The notes beneath the pieces are model-generated. The model worked only from the letters and a program-made list of their open reading frames with translations, was not told where the DNA came from and did not search any database. 64,000 nt of DNA from a virus (Duplodnaviria > Caudoviricetes): positions 5,679-69,678 of the IMG/VR virus record IMGVR_UViG_2061766007_000941, one strand, 5' to 3'. Position numbers and translations under genes: made by a program. This document shows positions 9,360 to 24,300 of this stretch, in pieces. Within the stretch, counting starts at the first letter, position 1; the number at the start of each line of letters is the position of its first letter.

Positions 9360-12300
9360 TAGCTAACCTTCTTTCTCTTTTGATAATCACTTAGATTATT
9401 GTAATAAGGATTATTTATATAAGATTCTTCTTGGTCTAATAATTTAACAGGACCTTGATTCTTATTCTTATTGTATGTGTTTAGTGATTGAGTTTCATTA
9501 TAATCATTCTTCCATACACCCATTTGAGGTGATACTTCAACATTAATCTTGTTAATAGAACCATAAGGCTTATTGAATTGTACTTTTTTATTATTGTATC
9601 CATTATTAGGATAGTAAGTTACATAAGGTGCTTTCTTAGGATAGTATGACTTAGGATAACTTGAACCACTACCAGAATAAGTCTTGTTATAATACTTAGT
9701 TCTCTTTGGTAAGTATACAGATGTTGATTTCTTATTAGGGAACAACTCTTGTAGTAATGGATAGAATTCATTTTCATATTGGATTGCTCTTAATAAGTCT
9801 TTATATTCTTTAGAATTTAAAGTATTAAAGTATGCTTGCTTATCTGTAAGTGATTCTAATTTTCTTACAATAGAATGATTATTTAATACACTCTTAATTG
9901 TAGTTTCACTTACTCCATTATTGTATTGAGAAATAATGTAAGCATATACAGTAGCAGGTTCAACTTTATTCTTTAACATTTTCTTAAGCATGTTATTCAT
10001 CTCTTGATAATCATCTTTGTTATAAGAACCATATCTAGATTTAGTATTTCTAATTCTTTCCATTGAATCTGCTTCAATATAATCTTCTACCTCATCACTA
10101 TATGTACCATCAGATAGTTTATATTTATAATTCTTTAAGTCTGTTAATCTATTGTAATAGTTTGTAGTATCTTTTTTATAAGTCTTTTGATTTCCAAGGC
10201 TTGATGCAATACCTCTTCTAGCTCCCTTCATTAAAGAACTAGTAAATGTAGAGTCATCAGAGTACTTGTCAAACTTATACTGATCTACAATTGAGTTCGC
10301 TGTATTAGAACCTATTACAAATCCTAATACTTTTCTCATTCCGTTTTCAATTCTATCATATTGATATTTAGTGTTCATTAATGAACTTCCATAGATATCA
10401 TATCCTGACATAACTTCAACTGGAACTTTAATTGCTGGATTTAAATGAGATGTAATATTTGTATTAACAGCACCAAATATCTTTTCCAATAATGTTTTAT
10501 TATATGGATTAGTAAATGGTTCAATAAACATACTATTAACATTCTCTACAGGATTCATAGATGAACCTGACTTTTGTGGAGAACCACTAATTACAGTACC
10601 AACTAAATCTATTGTAGATAATTCTTTAACCATCTTATCTTTTTCATCTTCTTCTATTCCGAATAGATCACAAATCCAAGATGTTATTAACATAGATAAT
10701 CCTGTAATACCAGCTAATCCCATACTAGGAACTGCTGCAGTTTTTATCCATTGATCTGCATTATCAGAAGTAAATCCTTCCTTAAATAATTTTCCAAGGG
10801 ACATACCATAAGCACCCATTGTTCTTGCAAAGTTCATAGGGAATGTTGCATATAGCATTAATCCACTTGTTTTCTTAGATAATTCTGGGAAGCCTCCTGG
10901 TGAACCTAACATGTAATCCATTACCATCATTGCTTTATCTGCATTATTATCTAATGAATCAATAGCGTCTTTAGCAAAGTACATTGGACCATAGTTTGGT
11001 TTACCATTATCAAAGGATTCTTTTGCTGCAAGATATATAGCATATCTTCCTAAATGGTTTTGGAATTCTAATGGATCTGTTAGAGTATTTAATACTCTCA
11101 TAACTTTATCTGGTCCAGAAATATCCTCACTGAATGTAACAGGATCTTTACCAGTTAATCCAATAGGTTGTCCTTCACGCATCATATATTCTTTAAGTTC
11201 ATCACTCATTTGAGTTCCTTTAGATTGGAATGCTGCAAGTAATTCTCTTCTTGCTGGTCCCATATATTTAATAGTATTAGGGTCATACATAATACCCATA
11301 CTATAATCGAAACCTGTGAATGATATTAATCTATTTAATATCTTAGAAGGTAAGGCCATTTGTAATGCAGAAGACCATTTAGAGATTTCCTTTAATGTCT
11401 TCATTGTATTATTAGGAATCTTAGTAGTATAGATATGGGATTCTAAATGATCAGCAATATCATTTCTCATTAAGTAAATATCTCCACTTATAATCTTTTC
11501 TAAGATGAATTGATTCCACATAGTATCATTATAACTATTATAAGATATTTCCATGTTCTCAACTAAGTTAGCCATTGAAGAAGAACTCCAAGGATTAACT
11601 ACTCCACCTTTAACATATTTTTGACCATAAGCATTTACCAATGAATAACCATCTTGCTTTAATGCCTCAATGTAAGAACCCATTCTATTAGCAAAGTCTG
11701 TACTAGATTGAATCATTGATTGACCAATTAACATCTTAGCATAATAGAAATTAGCTATAGTCTTTGCTGAGTTCTTAACTTCTAGTGTTTCATTAGAATC
11801 ATTAGCAACTCTTTCAAAGTCTGTATAAGATCTTAAGTCTGATCTATTTGTAGTTTCTATAAATTTATCTATTAATAAATCTAATCTCATATCAACTTTA
11901 GAATACATATCTCTGTATTGTTTAAATGTAGTTTTATCTACACCGGTTGCAAATTCCATACCAGTTAAATCATTTATAACATTTAGAGTTTGTTCTTGAA
12001 TTTCTTTAGCAGCTGGATTATCTCTTAAGTATGTTTTGTCATCTGATTCAGAAACAACTTTATCTAATAAGTTACTTACACCATCTAGTAAAGTATCATT
12101 CTTTAACATATCTCCATTTATTAGAGTATCTTTAATTACTTTTGCTGAATGCATCTTAGATAATTCTTTGATAATAGATTCTGATGAATTCCATAAATCA
12201 AATTCTAATGTTGATGCTTGTTTATTTTCTTGAGATACAGGATTAAATCTTTGTAATCCTAAAGCATTCTTTATAGCAGAAGCTGCCTTTGCTTGATTAT

Positions 12301-15300
12301 AAGACTTACTTGTAGATTTATATGGAGCAATCATACCCATCAAACAATGTTCTAATGGTTCTCCTGTTTCCTTTGAAACCATAGCACTTAAATTCTTTAA
12401 TGATTCTAAGTGTTGTTTGAATGCTGCTCCGACTTCTGGATACATTTGATCAAAGTGTTGTAGCTTTTCAGCAACTTCATTTAGATTATTATATCCATGG
12501 TATTTTAAAGCCTCATTAATTGAACTGTCTTCTCTGGCATTAAATAGTGCTTGGCAAACAGTATATTCTTTTATTTCATTATCTGACATTCTAGACATAG
12601 CTATTTGTTTAAAGTTATTTAATATTGCCATTGGTTCTTGTTCAATATATAGAGCACCGGCAGATTGATTCTTCATCGCTACTGTAAGCTCAGCACCAAG
12701 CTCTGTATCTTCTTTAAGTCCTTGTCTACCCCAAACACTCTTCTCTAGAACAGATTCTTCTCCACCTGATAATATTCTAGCAGGAGCTATTTTAGATTCT
12801 GTATTATAATCAGAAACTTTAAAATTGTCTTTTACTTCTCCTGTTCTTTCATCAATTAAATCATTCTTTAATGATGAATATATGTTATCAAGTTCTTTAT
12901 CATATTTCTTAGTAGACATTCTGTATCTATCTTTATTAATATTCTCATCTAATGCTTTAGCATCAAGTGTTTCACTGTTAACTCTAGAATTTCTTAAAGC
13001 ATTATATGTTGAATAATTCCATACAGTATTCTTTGTTTGTTGTTGTAGTTCTTTAAGAGTACCAGTTATAGGAACATTCTTACTTAATACAATGTTTGGT
13101 TTTCCATCATCTCCCCATTGAACTGCAAGATGACTATCATAAATTTGATATAACTTTTTAGAATCAGATAAATCTAATCTCTTTTGTTCAATAGTATCAG
13201 TAGGATTTAAATTTTGTAATTGATATAACATCATTGCTACTTTAGCATAGTTACCTTTTAAATCTGTTTCTCCTGATATCATTAAGTTAATTAATTCTGG
13301 AGATATACCTTGTTGTCTAGTATTATTAACTTCCTTTGTTTCTGGTTCAGTTAATGAAACTTCAACCGGTCTATAACCAAGTCTATCTGCTTTATTTGTT
13401 ACAAGACCTGTCTTTCTACTTTGAGATTGTGGAATGAATTTTTGTAATTCATTATCTTGAGTAGTATATTTAGAACTCCAGTTTCTGAAATTATTTTCCA
13501 TATTTGCTGTATTCTCTACAAATGTAGAATAAGGTAATAAACCTTGCTTATACATTTCTTTTACTTTATAAGAGTTGATACTTGAAACACCACCATTTAA
13601 TAATGTGAAGAAATCATATGGTGATAAATAGTAATCTTCATGATTAGTCATACCCTTACCAACATTCATTTCATCAGGACTTAAATGTACTGTTCTACCT
13701 TTATAAGTGCTTAAGTTAGTAGAACCATCAGCATTCATATTTGTTTGTGATGTTATATCATTCTTACTATAAGCTCCAAATGGATCAGTTCCCTCAGCTC
13801 TTGATCTTCCATAATCACCTAACAATGCAAGTCCTGCTTCACTAAATAATCTCTCACCTATAGGATCATCAATCTTATCTTTAAACTTTAATCCTAATGT
13901 GTAAGCGATACTTGTATATTTATCTGTAGCAAGATACATGTTATTAGTTAAATTATGTCTAAGTTTATTAGCATCCATTGTTGTATGGAAAGCATCTTGT
14001 AATTCTTTATCAGTTAATCTGTTAATTATATAGGATATCTTAGCTCTGTTGTATACTCCAAGGAAGTTTTCGTTTTGTACATCCTTATAAGGTTTCCATA
14101 CAGAGTTTCTTAAATCTGCATAATCTTCTGGATTTGTAACTAACTTACCATCTTCTATCTTACCACCAAACATAAAGAAACTATTTATTGTATTAGCATT
14201 CATTACAACATGTAATGCATCTACATTTCTTTCTCTATCTTTTTCCCAAGCATGTGTATCTTCTACAATCTTAGGTGTGGCTTCAGTATAGAATCCATAA
14301 GCAGTTATTTTCTTTCCATTAGAATCTCTTAATGTGATAGCAGTTTCTGTAGTATCCATAGCTTTATTACTTCCGATAGATAGCTTAGAAGGATCTGGTT
14401 TATTTAATAGGATAGATACATCAGCGTCAGTAGAGAATGTACCATTAACTACACCTTTACCTCCGATATCTGTTGCAATCTTGTAACCATTATCCAAGAA
14501 ATCTATTTGTTGTACATAAACTGTATTTCCTTTAGCACCTGCTATTCTAGATAATCTATTAAGTGTCATAGGATTTTTACCAGTAGTAATTTTTGTACCA
14601 GCTTTATAATATTTTCCTATTTCTAAATTAGCTAGTTTATCTTTAGGACCTATAGTATATTTCTTTAAAGTATATCCTGCTAATTGATTTTCTTTATCTT
14701 TGCCTTTGTTATTTATTAATACAGTATCTTCACCAATACCAATAGGGGTTTCAGATTTACCATAGTGTGTTATAACAAATGCTTTTACAGGTTTTGAATC
14801 TCTAAAGATATTTTTATTATAAGAATCACTATTATCTGTAACAAGTTTATTGATTAAAGAATTTAAGTTATAATCAACAGCTTGACCATATAAACTATTA
14901 TCACTTGGTAAATAGAATTGTGTCTTAGCTAGTTCATTATATAACTCAATATTCTTTTGAGTAGCCTTAATTCTATCTTGCATTATTGCATATTGTTGTA
15001 TCATTTTGTCTGACATTAATGCTTCATTTAATCCTGTAGGGTCCATAGAAGTTAATTGAGCTTCTTCAATTCTTCTTAACATTTGATCATACTTATTAAA
15101 TGCTGCAGATATATAGCCATTCTCTAAATCCTTAGTCATTTCATTGATACTAGGCTTCATTATATTTTCAATGTCTGAATAATAAGGAGAGCCCTTATAA
15201 GATTTTGAAACAGCTTCAATTATTCTATCTCCTAAGCCATCTATAAGTTCTTTGTTATTAGGATCAATATTATCAAAGTATTTAGCTACTGTGTTAGAAC

Positions 15301-18300
15301 CATAGATACCTGCTGCTAATAAATCTGTCCATGCATTATTAATAGTTTTATTTTTTAATTTATTAATAGCATATTTTTCATTAACACCTGTTGTTTGGTC
15401 AATAAAGTTATATAAGTATTTATTAACTAACTGACTATCTTCTGCTCTTAATCTTTCTTGACCAGAGAATGTAACAGGTACACTATATGTTTTACCATTT
15501 AAAGTTACTTCTCTATTAGTATCAGAAGCATAGATAGCAGGGTTATTAATATATCTAATAGGTGCAACACTTCCAGTGTCTTCATATAAAGTTTTTTCTA
15601 CAAAGCCTTTAACTTTGTATTTTCCTTTTTCATCTAACTCAATATCAAAGTCTGTTGCTACTAACCATAAGTCTTTTAAAACTTTTTTGATATCTGCTTC
15701 TGGATAATTCTTAGCTATATAATCTGTAAACTCTTCTGTTTTATCTAAGAATGTTTTTTCATTAGGTATTATACCTTTCTCTAATAAAGCATCAGCATCT
15801 TTACAAAGCTTTATGATTTGTTCATCTTTACCTATAGTATTAATAATTAAATTCTTTTCTTTATAACCATCATAGTAAACACCATTAGATCTTAAATAAT
15901 CTAAGACATTCTCTTGAATATTATGAACTTTATATTTTTCATTTGTATAAAGTTTTAATACATCTTGAGTGTAATCTTCTGGTTTTAATAGAATTAAGTG
16001 GTCACCATCGAAGTCACGAGAACCTAGAGTTTCAATAACTGTTTCTGGTACTAACATATAATTACCTTTTAGAGTTGTATCGACTACTATTCTTCTTGGT
16101 AAGATCTTATCATTAGCATCTGCTGGATGAATTAATAATTGTGAATATAACTCAGCATCTTTAATTGGATCATATTCTCTGCCCATTAAGTTTCTAAATT
16201 GATTTGGAGATAATACTACCATAGATGAATCTGCAACAACAGCATTATTTGCTCCTGTATTTATTTCTTTACCAACAGGTAATGCATCAATAAGATCATA
16301 TAAACCTTTTTTAGATTGAGCAATTACTGCATCTACATCTCCATAGTTATTTCTTAAATAATCCATGTACATATTTGATATCTTAGTATTTATTAGTTTT
16401 ATATCATTACCTAATAAATCTTTAGGATTTACCCCATTTCTGAATGAACATATAGTAGCCATATCAGAAAGGAAGTCTTGTTCATCAGCAGTATTTGAGA
16501 ATCTTAATGCCTTAGTAATTTCATGGAATGTATCTACAAAGTCTTTATTATTCTTTAAAGCTTTATATTTTTGGAATTGTTTTGGATCAAGATCTTTATC
16601 TTTATAAGGATCTGTATCAAACAACTTATATGTAGCAACCTCATCTTCTATTTGAGAAGGGTCTATACCAAGGTTAGTCATGATTCTTTCTACTCTAGCT
16701 TCATTACCTAAAGTTTCTAATAATGAATTCATATCTGTACCAGAACTCTTCATTTCAATTCTTATAGCATTTATGAATTTATCTTTAGGAATATCATTAG
16801 CTTTTGCATATGACCATAACTTATTTATTACTAATTGTTTATTATCTGATAAAGATTGTAATGCTTTAGAAGATAAGTAGTTATCCATAACTTGTTGATC
16901 TTTAATAGCATAAGCAGTAGCTGCATATCTTTTATTCATCATGTATTCAAAGATATCAGTAGCAGCTGTCACAGTATCTGTAGTTATAGATTTATCATAA
17001 TCAAAGTAATCTTTAAGACTAGGTTGTTTTAGTTGAGCATCCTTAATCTTATCATCTACTTTTCTTAATACTGACTCTAATTGATCATCACTAAGTTTAA
17101 TATTGTTTTCATCTAATGTTTTCTTTAAATCTAAATATAAGAAATCTCTTATGGATTTAAGATTAAATGTTGCATTTACAACTTTAGCAAACATATCTTG
17201 TGTAACATCAGCATCATATAAACCTGAGTGAGCTCCTTGGTTAATAAGTTCAAATTCCTCAGCTCTTATATCTTTTTTACCACTGTTCTTTGTTTCTATA
17301 GCTTGTGAGTTATCACTTAGTGTTTTAACATCCACATGTGTGAATTTAGATAATAGTTCATCATCAAACATATTACCTGTTTTCATCCAAGGTACATCGG
17401 CTTCTGTTGTATTATATCCTAATAAGATACTTCCTTCTTTTGCATATTCATTAAAGAACTCTTTTACTTCAGAAGGTTTTAGATATAGAGTTGAATCATC
17501 TATATGATCATAAATGTTTTTATACATTTCTACAGTATCTCTGTAACCTTTATTATCTTTATAGAAGCTACTATTAAAGTCAATGTTATCTTTAATCCAT
17601 TGTTCTCTTAATTTTGTTTTAGCCGCTTCAGTCATGTTATTAGATTCATAATTAACAAAGATATTATAATGCTTAGTTTCCCAACCATCTTTAGTTCTTG
17701 TTTTAACATTAACACCTATATTGAATACTCCTTCATCATAATCTTTAGCATCCATCTTTAAGGATGTTTCTGTATCGAAAGATACAATAGTGTTGTACTT
17801 TGATTGAATTGTATTATCATCAAAGCTCTTTACTAAATCTAATAATTCTTTTGTGTTAAGTCTTGCAGGCTTATCATTATCATAATTAATAGTAAAGCCA
17901 TCTTTAAGATCATTTGATTCATATTCTTTTTTCATATCTAATAGAGATCTATCTCTGACTAAGAAATCTATTGTAGGAGCATCCTCTTTATCTACTAAAG
18001 ATTTTAAAATTAATCTTTCAGCTTGTTCTTGAGGTGTGTAGTTCTTTCCATCTTCTTCAATTAGATTAATAGCATTCTTGATGTCAGTAACTAATTGTCT
18101 TCTTTCAGGTGTCATATTGTCTATGTTACCTAAACCGTAAGATAAATTAACTAAAGACCTTACTGCCTTATTATTAGTTCTGTATTCATCTACAGTATCT
18201 ATACTATTTTCAACAGCATCTCTAACAGCACTATTCATTGTTACAGGATCTCCATCTTTCATTAGGTTGAAGAATTCTCCTTTAGATATATGAGCAACTT

Positions 18301-21300
18301 CAGCTCTTTCTCTAAAGATATCATAGATTCTTCTATTTCTTTGAATAGATGAAAGATTGTCTACAGGAACTTTATTAAGAAGTTCTTGAACTCTTTCTGG
18401 GTTAATATTACCCCCAAAGATATCTTGTTCTAGTTGTGTAACATCCTTATACTCTGTCCCTCTTCTTAAGTAATAACTATTATCCATAATGAAATGTCTA
18501 TATAAGTCTGTAACAAAGTCATCAAAGTTTTCATCTAGATTCATATAAGAAAGCTTTAATGCTGCAGTGTTTCCAATATCTTGTGAGTCAGCTTTTATAA
18601 TAGTACATCCTTTTAGTTCTTCTTTAGCTTTATGTAAATTAAATAATAAATCATTATAATTAGCAGAACTATATTTATCTAATAAGTCTGTATTACCATC
18701 TTTTAATGAACCATTCTTAACTATAAAGTAGTTAGCAGTTTCACCGGCATATTCAACACCTTGATGTAAGTTAACAAGTGTTGCAGCAGTGTGCATTAAT
18801 TCTTCTGTATTAGCATCTTTGAAAGTTTCTTTCAATTCATCAAATGTATTAAGAACTGTTTTCATATGTCCCATAGCATTATGTGCATAAGAATATCTTT
18901 CAACATCACTAGCATAAGGAGCAGATGTATATAAGTTTCTATCCTCTAGGATTCCGTTAGTTAATGTATCATAAAATTCATTATCTAATAAATCTTCAGA
19001 TGTATTAATTAATTTATTAAATGCTTTAGTTTTGTCATCATCTATATCAGCAATAGAGTTTTGAATATATTTAAACATTCTATTATGATCACTATCTAAA
19101 CCATCTTTAGCATTAATATATTCATCTCCAACTTTAACAGGTAAGGAACCAATGCCAGCATAAGCATCATCTACTAATGAAGGACCATTATTGACTACAT
19201 GCTTTTGACTAACTTCCATTTGCTTTTGTGCAAGCTTAGTATGTTTCTTGGCTTCTGCAAATATAGAATCTACAACATCATTATACTTAGAACCCCATAG
19301 TTCTTTTAGTGTAGGTATTAAAGTTTCTTTTACTTTGAATGAAACATCTCTATTATCCATAGCTTGTTTATAGTTTTCTGCAAGCATATCAGCAACTTCA
19401 TCTATGTCTTGAATTGGAATGTAACCATCATTACCTATTATACCTTTAAGTAATCTAGTAGGATCATCTTCAACATATTTAGTTACAACATGTTCAGTGA
19501 AGAATGCTTGTCTATATTGATTATCTTCTTGAGTCATTATAGATTTAATCATATCAACAGCATCTTGTACTGTCTTCATGTTAACCCAAGCAGTATCACC
19601 TTTAACTTCGACATTATCCCAACTACCTAAAGCTGCAGCCATTCTTTCAGAACTTACATAAGTTTCATCTGGATTACCAGCTTTACCTACATAATATCCT
19701 GGAATAGTTGATTTACTATTAGGAGTACCATAAACTCTTCTTTCACCATCAGTTATAGGTTCAAAGTAAGCTTTTAATTTGTTAACAAGTTCTGTTGTTA
19801 CTTTTCCACCATTCTCTGTGATGGAATCTAATAATATATTTCTTGTTGTTTTATTCTTAATTAATATTCTATGATTCTCATATTCAGAACTATCAGATTG
19901 ATGTGTTAATTCATTGAATGCATCAACATAAAGTTTAGTCATGATATCATAAGGATTTTTAGAAGTCTTAGCATATTCATACCAATCTTCAAATGTTTCA
20001 TGTGAAACATCTTCTCTTACATATCCAGCACCTTCAATAGGATTGAAATCTCCTTCTTTGTTTATAACTTCATTTAAGAATTTAACATATCTAGAGTTTT
20101 CTTCGTCATCCCAAGGCAATCTCATATTAAGGATATCAAATCCTGTTTCTCTATTATGTCCAGGTAACGCTTGTTTTAAACCTTCAGTTGTATGTGTAGC
20201 AAATGCATCTATGATACCTTGTTCACCTTGTTCTTTAAGTTCTTGTAATTGTAATGGTATAAGTTTATGAATATTAAAGTTTTCAGAAACTACATAATCC
20301 ATTACTTTATCTTTAGTTATTCCTGGTTTTAATTCTAAGTAATAAGAATCATTACCATTACTTAAAGTTCTACCAGAAACTTTCCAAATGTTATCTGCAT
20401 ATTTTTTAGAAGTAGCTCTATGACCATCAGCATAATTATTATCTTCTAGCCATTTAACTTCATCTTTAGATAATCTGATATTTGTATAATCAGACTTGAA
20501 TATATTATCTACTAATAATTCACAAATGAAATAATTCTCTAATTGTGAATTATATTTAACAGGAGAACCTGCTGACTTAGTTAATAAATAAGTTAAGTCT
20601 TTACCTGTTTGTCCTGCTAATTTACCAGATAACTTTCTTAAGTTCTCAACATTACCTAACATAGCTTGAGCTATAGGCATTGAGAAATTATATTTACCAT
20701 CTTTGCTTTTCTCGAAAGGTATTAATTGTAATAATGGAGCTTCCTTTAATGTTAATTGAAGTTTAGGATCAATGTTCTTTAATTCAACTTGATCTAGTAT
20801 AGCCCTTTCAATATCTATTGTTTGAAGCTTATTACCTTTCATGTCTTCAAAGATTTTATTATTTAAATCATATGTTAACTTACCAATAGTTATAGAACTC
20901 TTAGTAGCTAGTTGATCTTTTAATTCCTCTATGTTATTAACTCTAGGAACATTCAATACAACAGTGTTTCCTGTGAAACTCTTTACACCTTTAATGTGTC
21001 CAGTTAATTGTTTTATTTCTTGAGGATTCTTTCCTGCTACATCATATCCAAACTCTCTCATGAAATTGATATAGTCTTCAGGATTTGTATCAAGATCAAA
21101 CATAATTAAACTACTATTTTGTTTAGACCATTGTGTAAGTTTATTCATATCATTATATAAATCTGATTCATATTTAGCATATTCTTTAGCATTTCCTATA
21201 TTTTTAATGTTAGAAGAACCTACTCTGAATAAATAATCAGTGAAGTCTTGAGTTGTTTTACCTCTGAATGTATTTAAATCAATATAGATTTTATTGCCTT

Positions 21301-24300
21301 CCATAGTAATTGTTTTACCATTATCATAGATATCATCATATTGTTTAGCAAAGTCTATAATAGATTTATATACATCAGTCTTCTTGAAATCATCTAATGA
21401 TTCTTCTTTATAGTTTCCAACCTCATATAGATATGCTGCTATATCTTCAGGTTTGCTACCTTCATTTAATCGACTCAAGTCTAAATTCTTTGGGAGCATA
21501 TTCTTGAATCGATCATCCATTTGGCTTTCAATGAATTTTACTTTACTTGATAGGCTCCCATTTTGAAAAGCTTCAGGGTTTTCCTTAACAGCTTTCATTA
21601 TCTTATTGTAAGATTCTTCAGATAATTCCCCAGATTTCTTAAGGTCTGTAAATACTTGCATTACTACAGGATCTGTTAAATCTATTTGAGATACTTTATC
21701 TTTTTGTACTTTTAATAATACATCAGACATTGTAGTCAAATAATTATATGCTGCAGTTGCTTTTGTATCTTTTACATTCTTTAAATCTACTTTAGCAATA
21801 TAACCTTTAGCACTTAAGCCTAAGAATATTTCTCCAGCTTGTTTAGGAGTTATGAAAGGTTTATTATTACTATTCTTACCTTCAGATTCAACAGTAGATA
21901 ACTTATGTAGTATAGAAGATATTACTGCAGTCTTTTGTCCTTCAGTAACATTAGTATCCATTAAACCTTTTGATAAGTTATTAATAATTTCAATCTTATC
22001 TGCTTTAGATGCTTTAGTAGTTAAAGCTAATATAGATTGATGGATTAAAGTATTTACTGTAGAAGTATTTAAATAATCTATTTGATCAAAGTATGGTTGA
22101 ACTTTATAAACTACTTCACCATTTAAATCAATCTTTTGTAAGTAACCTAAGTCTGCAGAAATGTCTAATGCAATTTCATTAGCTTTATAATCTTGAGTTC
22201 TTTCTCCAGAGTTTGGTAAGTATAAGTATTGATTATTAGCAGCAGTAGGATCTTGTTCTTTAAGTTTCTCAAATAAAGCTTCATTCTTTTTAGCCATTGT
22301 ATAACCTGTTTGAGAAATTAAATCTTTACCACTAACTTTATCTCCAATAACTTCTTGAGCTTTCTTAATATAATTTTCATACTCTTGTCCAACTATTACA
22401 TTCTTTAATTGTTCAATAGTTGCATCAAAGGAACTATTCTTAACTTCTTGAGCTTGGAATGTTTTCTTATCTCCAGATACTCCTGTTAAGAAGTCTGCTC
22501 CTCTCTTTATAGATTTTAAAGGAGAAGTAAATACAGATATTAAGGAAGGTTTTTCAAAGTCAGCTGGGTTAGAATATTTTTCAATACGGGCTAACTTAGA
22601 AGCATATATTAATTCTGCATTCTTATAAATTTCTTTTAATCTATCTCTTTCTGCTGTGATTCTAGATTCATCTAATACTTCTCTTAATATCTTAGGAACA
22701 TCTTCTCCAGGTTTCTTTAACCCTTCAGATAATTGATCCATAGCATATAAGATCTTTCCTTCATAGGATACAGCATCAGGAGCTTGTTCTAAATCTCTAA
22801 TATATTTATTTTTAACTTCTATTAATGCAGCTTGTTTCTCACCTTTAGCATTAGCTATTTCAGAATCAAACTTAGAAAGTAATTGTGTATGAGATCTACC
22901 AATAGTTTCTAGTCCTGCATTCCATTCTTTTATTTGGCTTCGTGTTGAATACCATAAAGTATTAATTGCAGAACGAGCAACATTCTCAAAGCTTAAACCT
23001 TCACCAACTGCTTTAGCAATATTGAAGTCTTTAAGTTTACCATTCTCATCTAATCCAGATAAACCTGAGATAGAACCTGTTAACATATTACCTGCAAAGT
23101 CTGCAGCTGAGTTAAATGCAATAACACCTGCTCTAGATAGTAAGTATTTCTTTAATGTACCTTTAACATTATTACTTAGTTCTTGTTTTAAACCTTCACT
23201 AGTTTTTTGAGTAATTAATCTGTGTACTTGTTTTGCCCAAGCTTTTTGAGCAGTATCACTAAATACTCCAGCATCTCTACCAAAGTATGCTTGGAATTGA
23301 TTATCATCCATACCACCAGATATGAATGTATCAATAGCTAAGTTAATACTATTAGTAACTACCGATCTTTTAAATATATCTAAATCACTTGCACCTTCTT
23401 CATATAAGTGTGCAGTTGTAATATTCTTTCTTGTATCATTAAGCATGTTCTTAGAGTTTGCTACGAAAGCAGCTCCGAATCTTCTACCCCATACTTGAAG
23501 GTTTGCACTCTTCCAATTTCCAGCTAATAAGTCTTTAGTGGCATTAATTGGACCATGTGCCATAGCACCTGTATTAGTACCAATGTTACCTGTTTGCCAT
23601 TTAAGTACTGTACCAGTTCCTTTAACTATCTTACCTCCGATAGTATGACCAGATGCTTCTAATCTTTGACCCCATCCCATTAGACCTGTACCTTTTGTTG
23701 CGGCAGATGTTGCAGTACCTGCATCACCAACTGCACCTATGATACCTGCTAATGTCATAGTACCAGCGATTGTACCAGCCATTGAACCAATGAAGTTAGC
23801 TACATCTTGTCCTGATACAGATGAGTCTAGGTCAACATAACCTGTGTCAACTAACCAAGGTACATCATCATTAAGCCAACCATCAAAGCTATTAGACCAT
23901 TCAAAGAAGTCATCACTATCTATGCCATCCCAGAATCCTGCATCTCCTCCGAAGACTGCTGATATAGGAACTGCTGATTCAATAGTGTTTAATGCAATTA
24001 GTCCTAGGTCTGCAATACCAGTAAATACCTTAGCAAATCCTGATGATGCAGATCTACCAAAGGAAACTAATCCATTATTATTTAAATCTATTCCTTCGAA
24101 TGAACCATCTGCTTTTTGTTTTAATGTTCCATGACCTTCTCCACCTTTACCATCTAGTACATAAAGTTTTCCATCTGTATGTAGATAGTAGTATGTTCCA
24201 GTAGAGTCTTGAGTCATTCTTGCTTGTGCAGCGATTGATCCATTATGTAATGCTTTGAAGAAATCCTCATCACTTAAGTTTTCCTTAAAGTTCTCCATTT

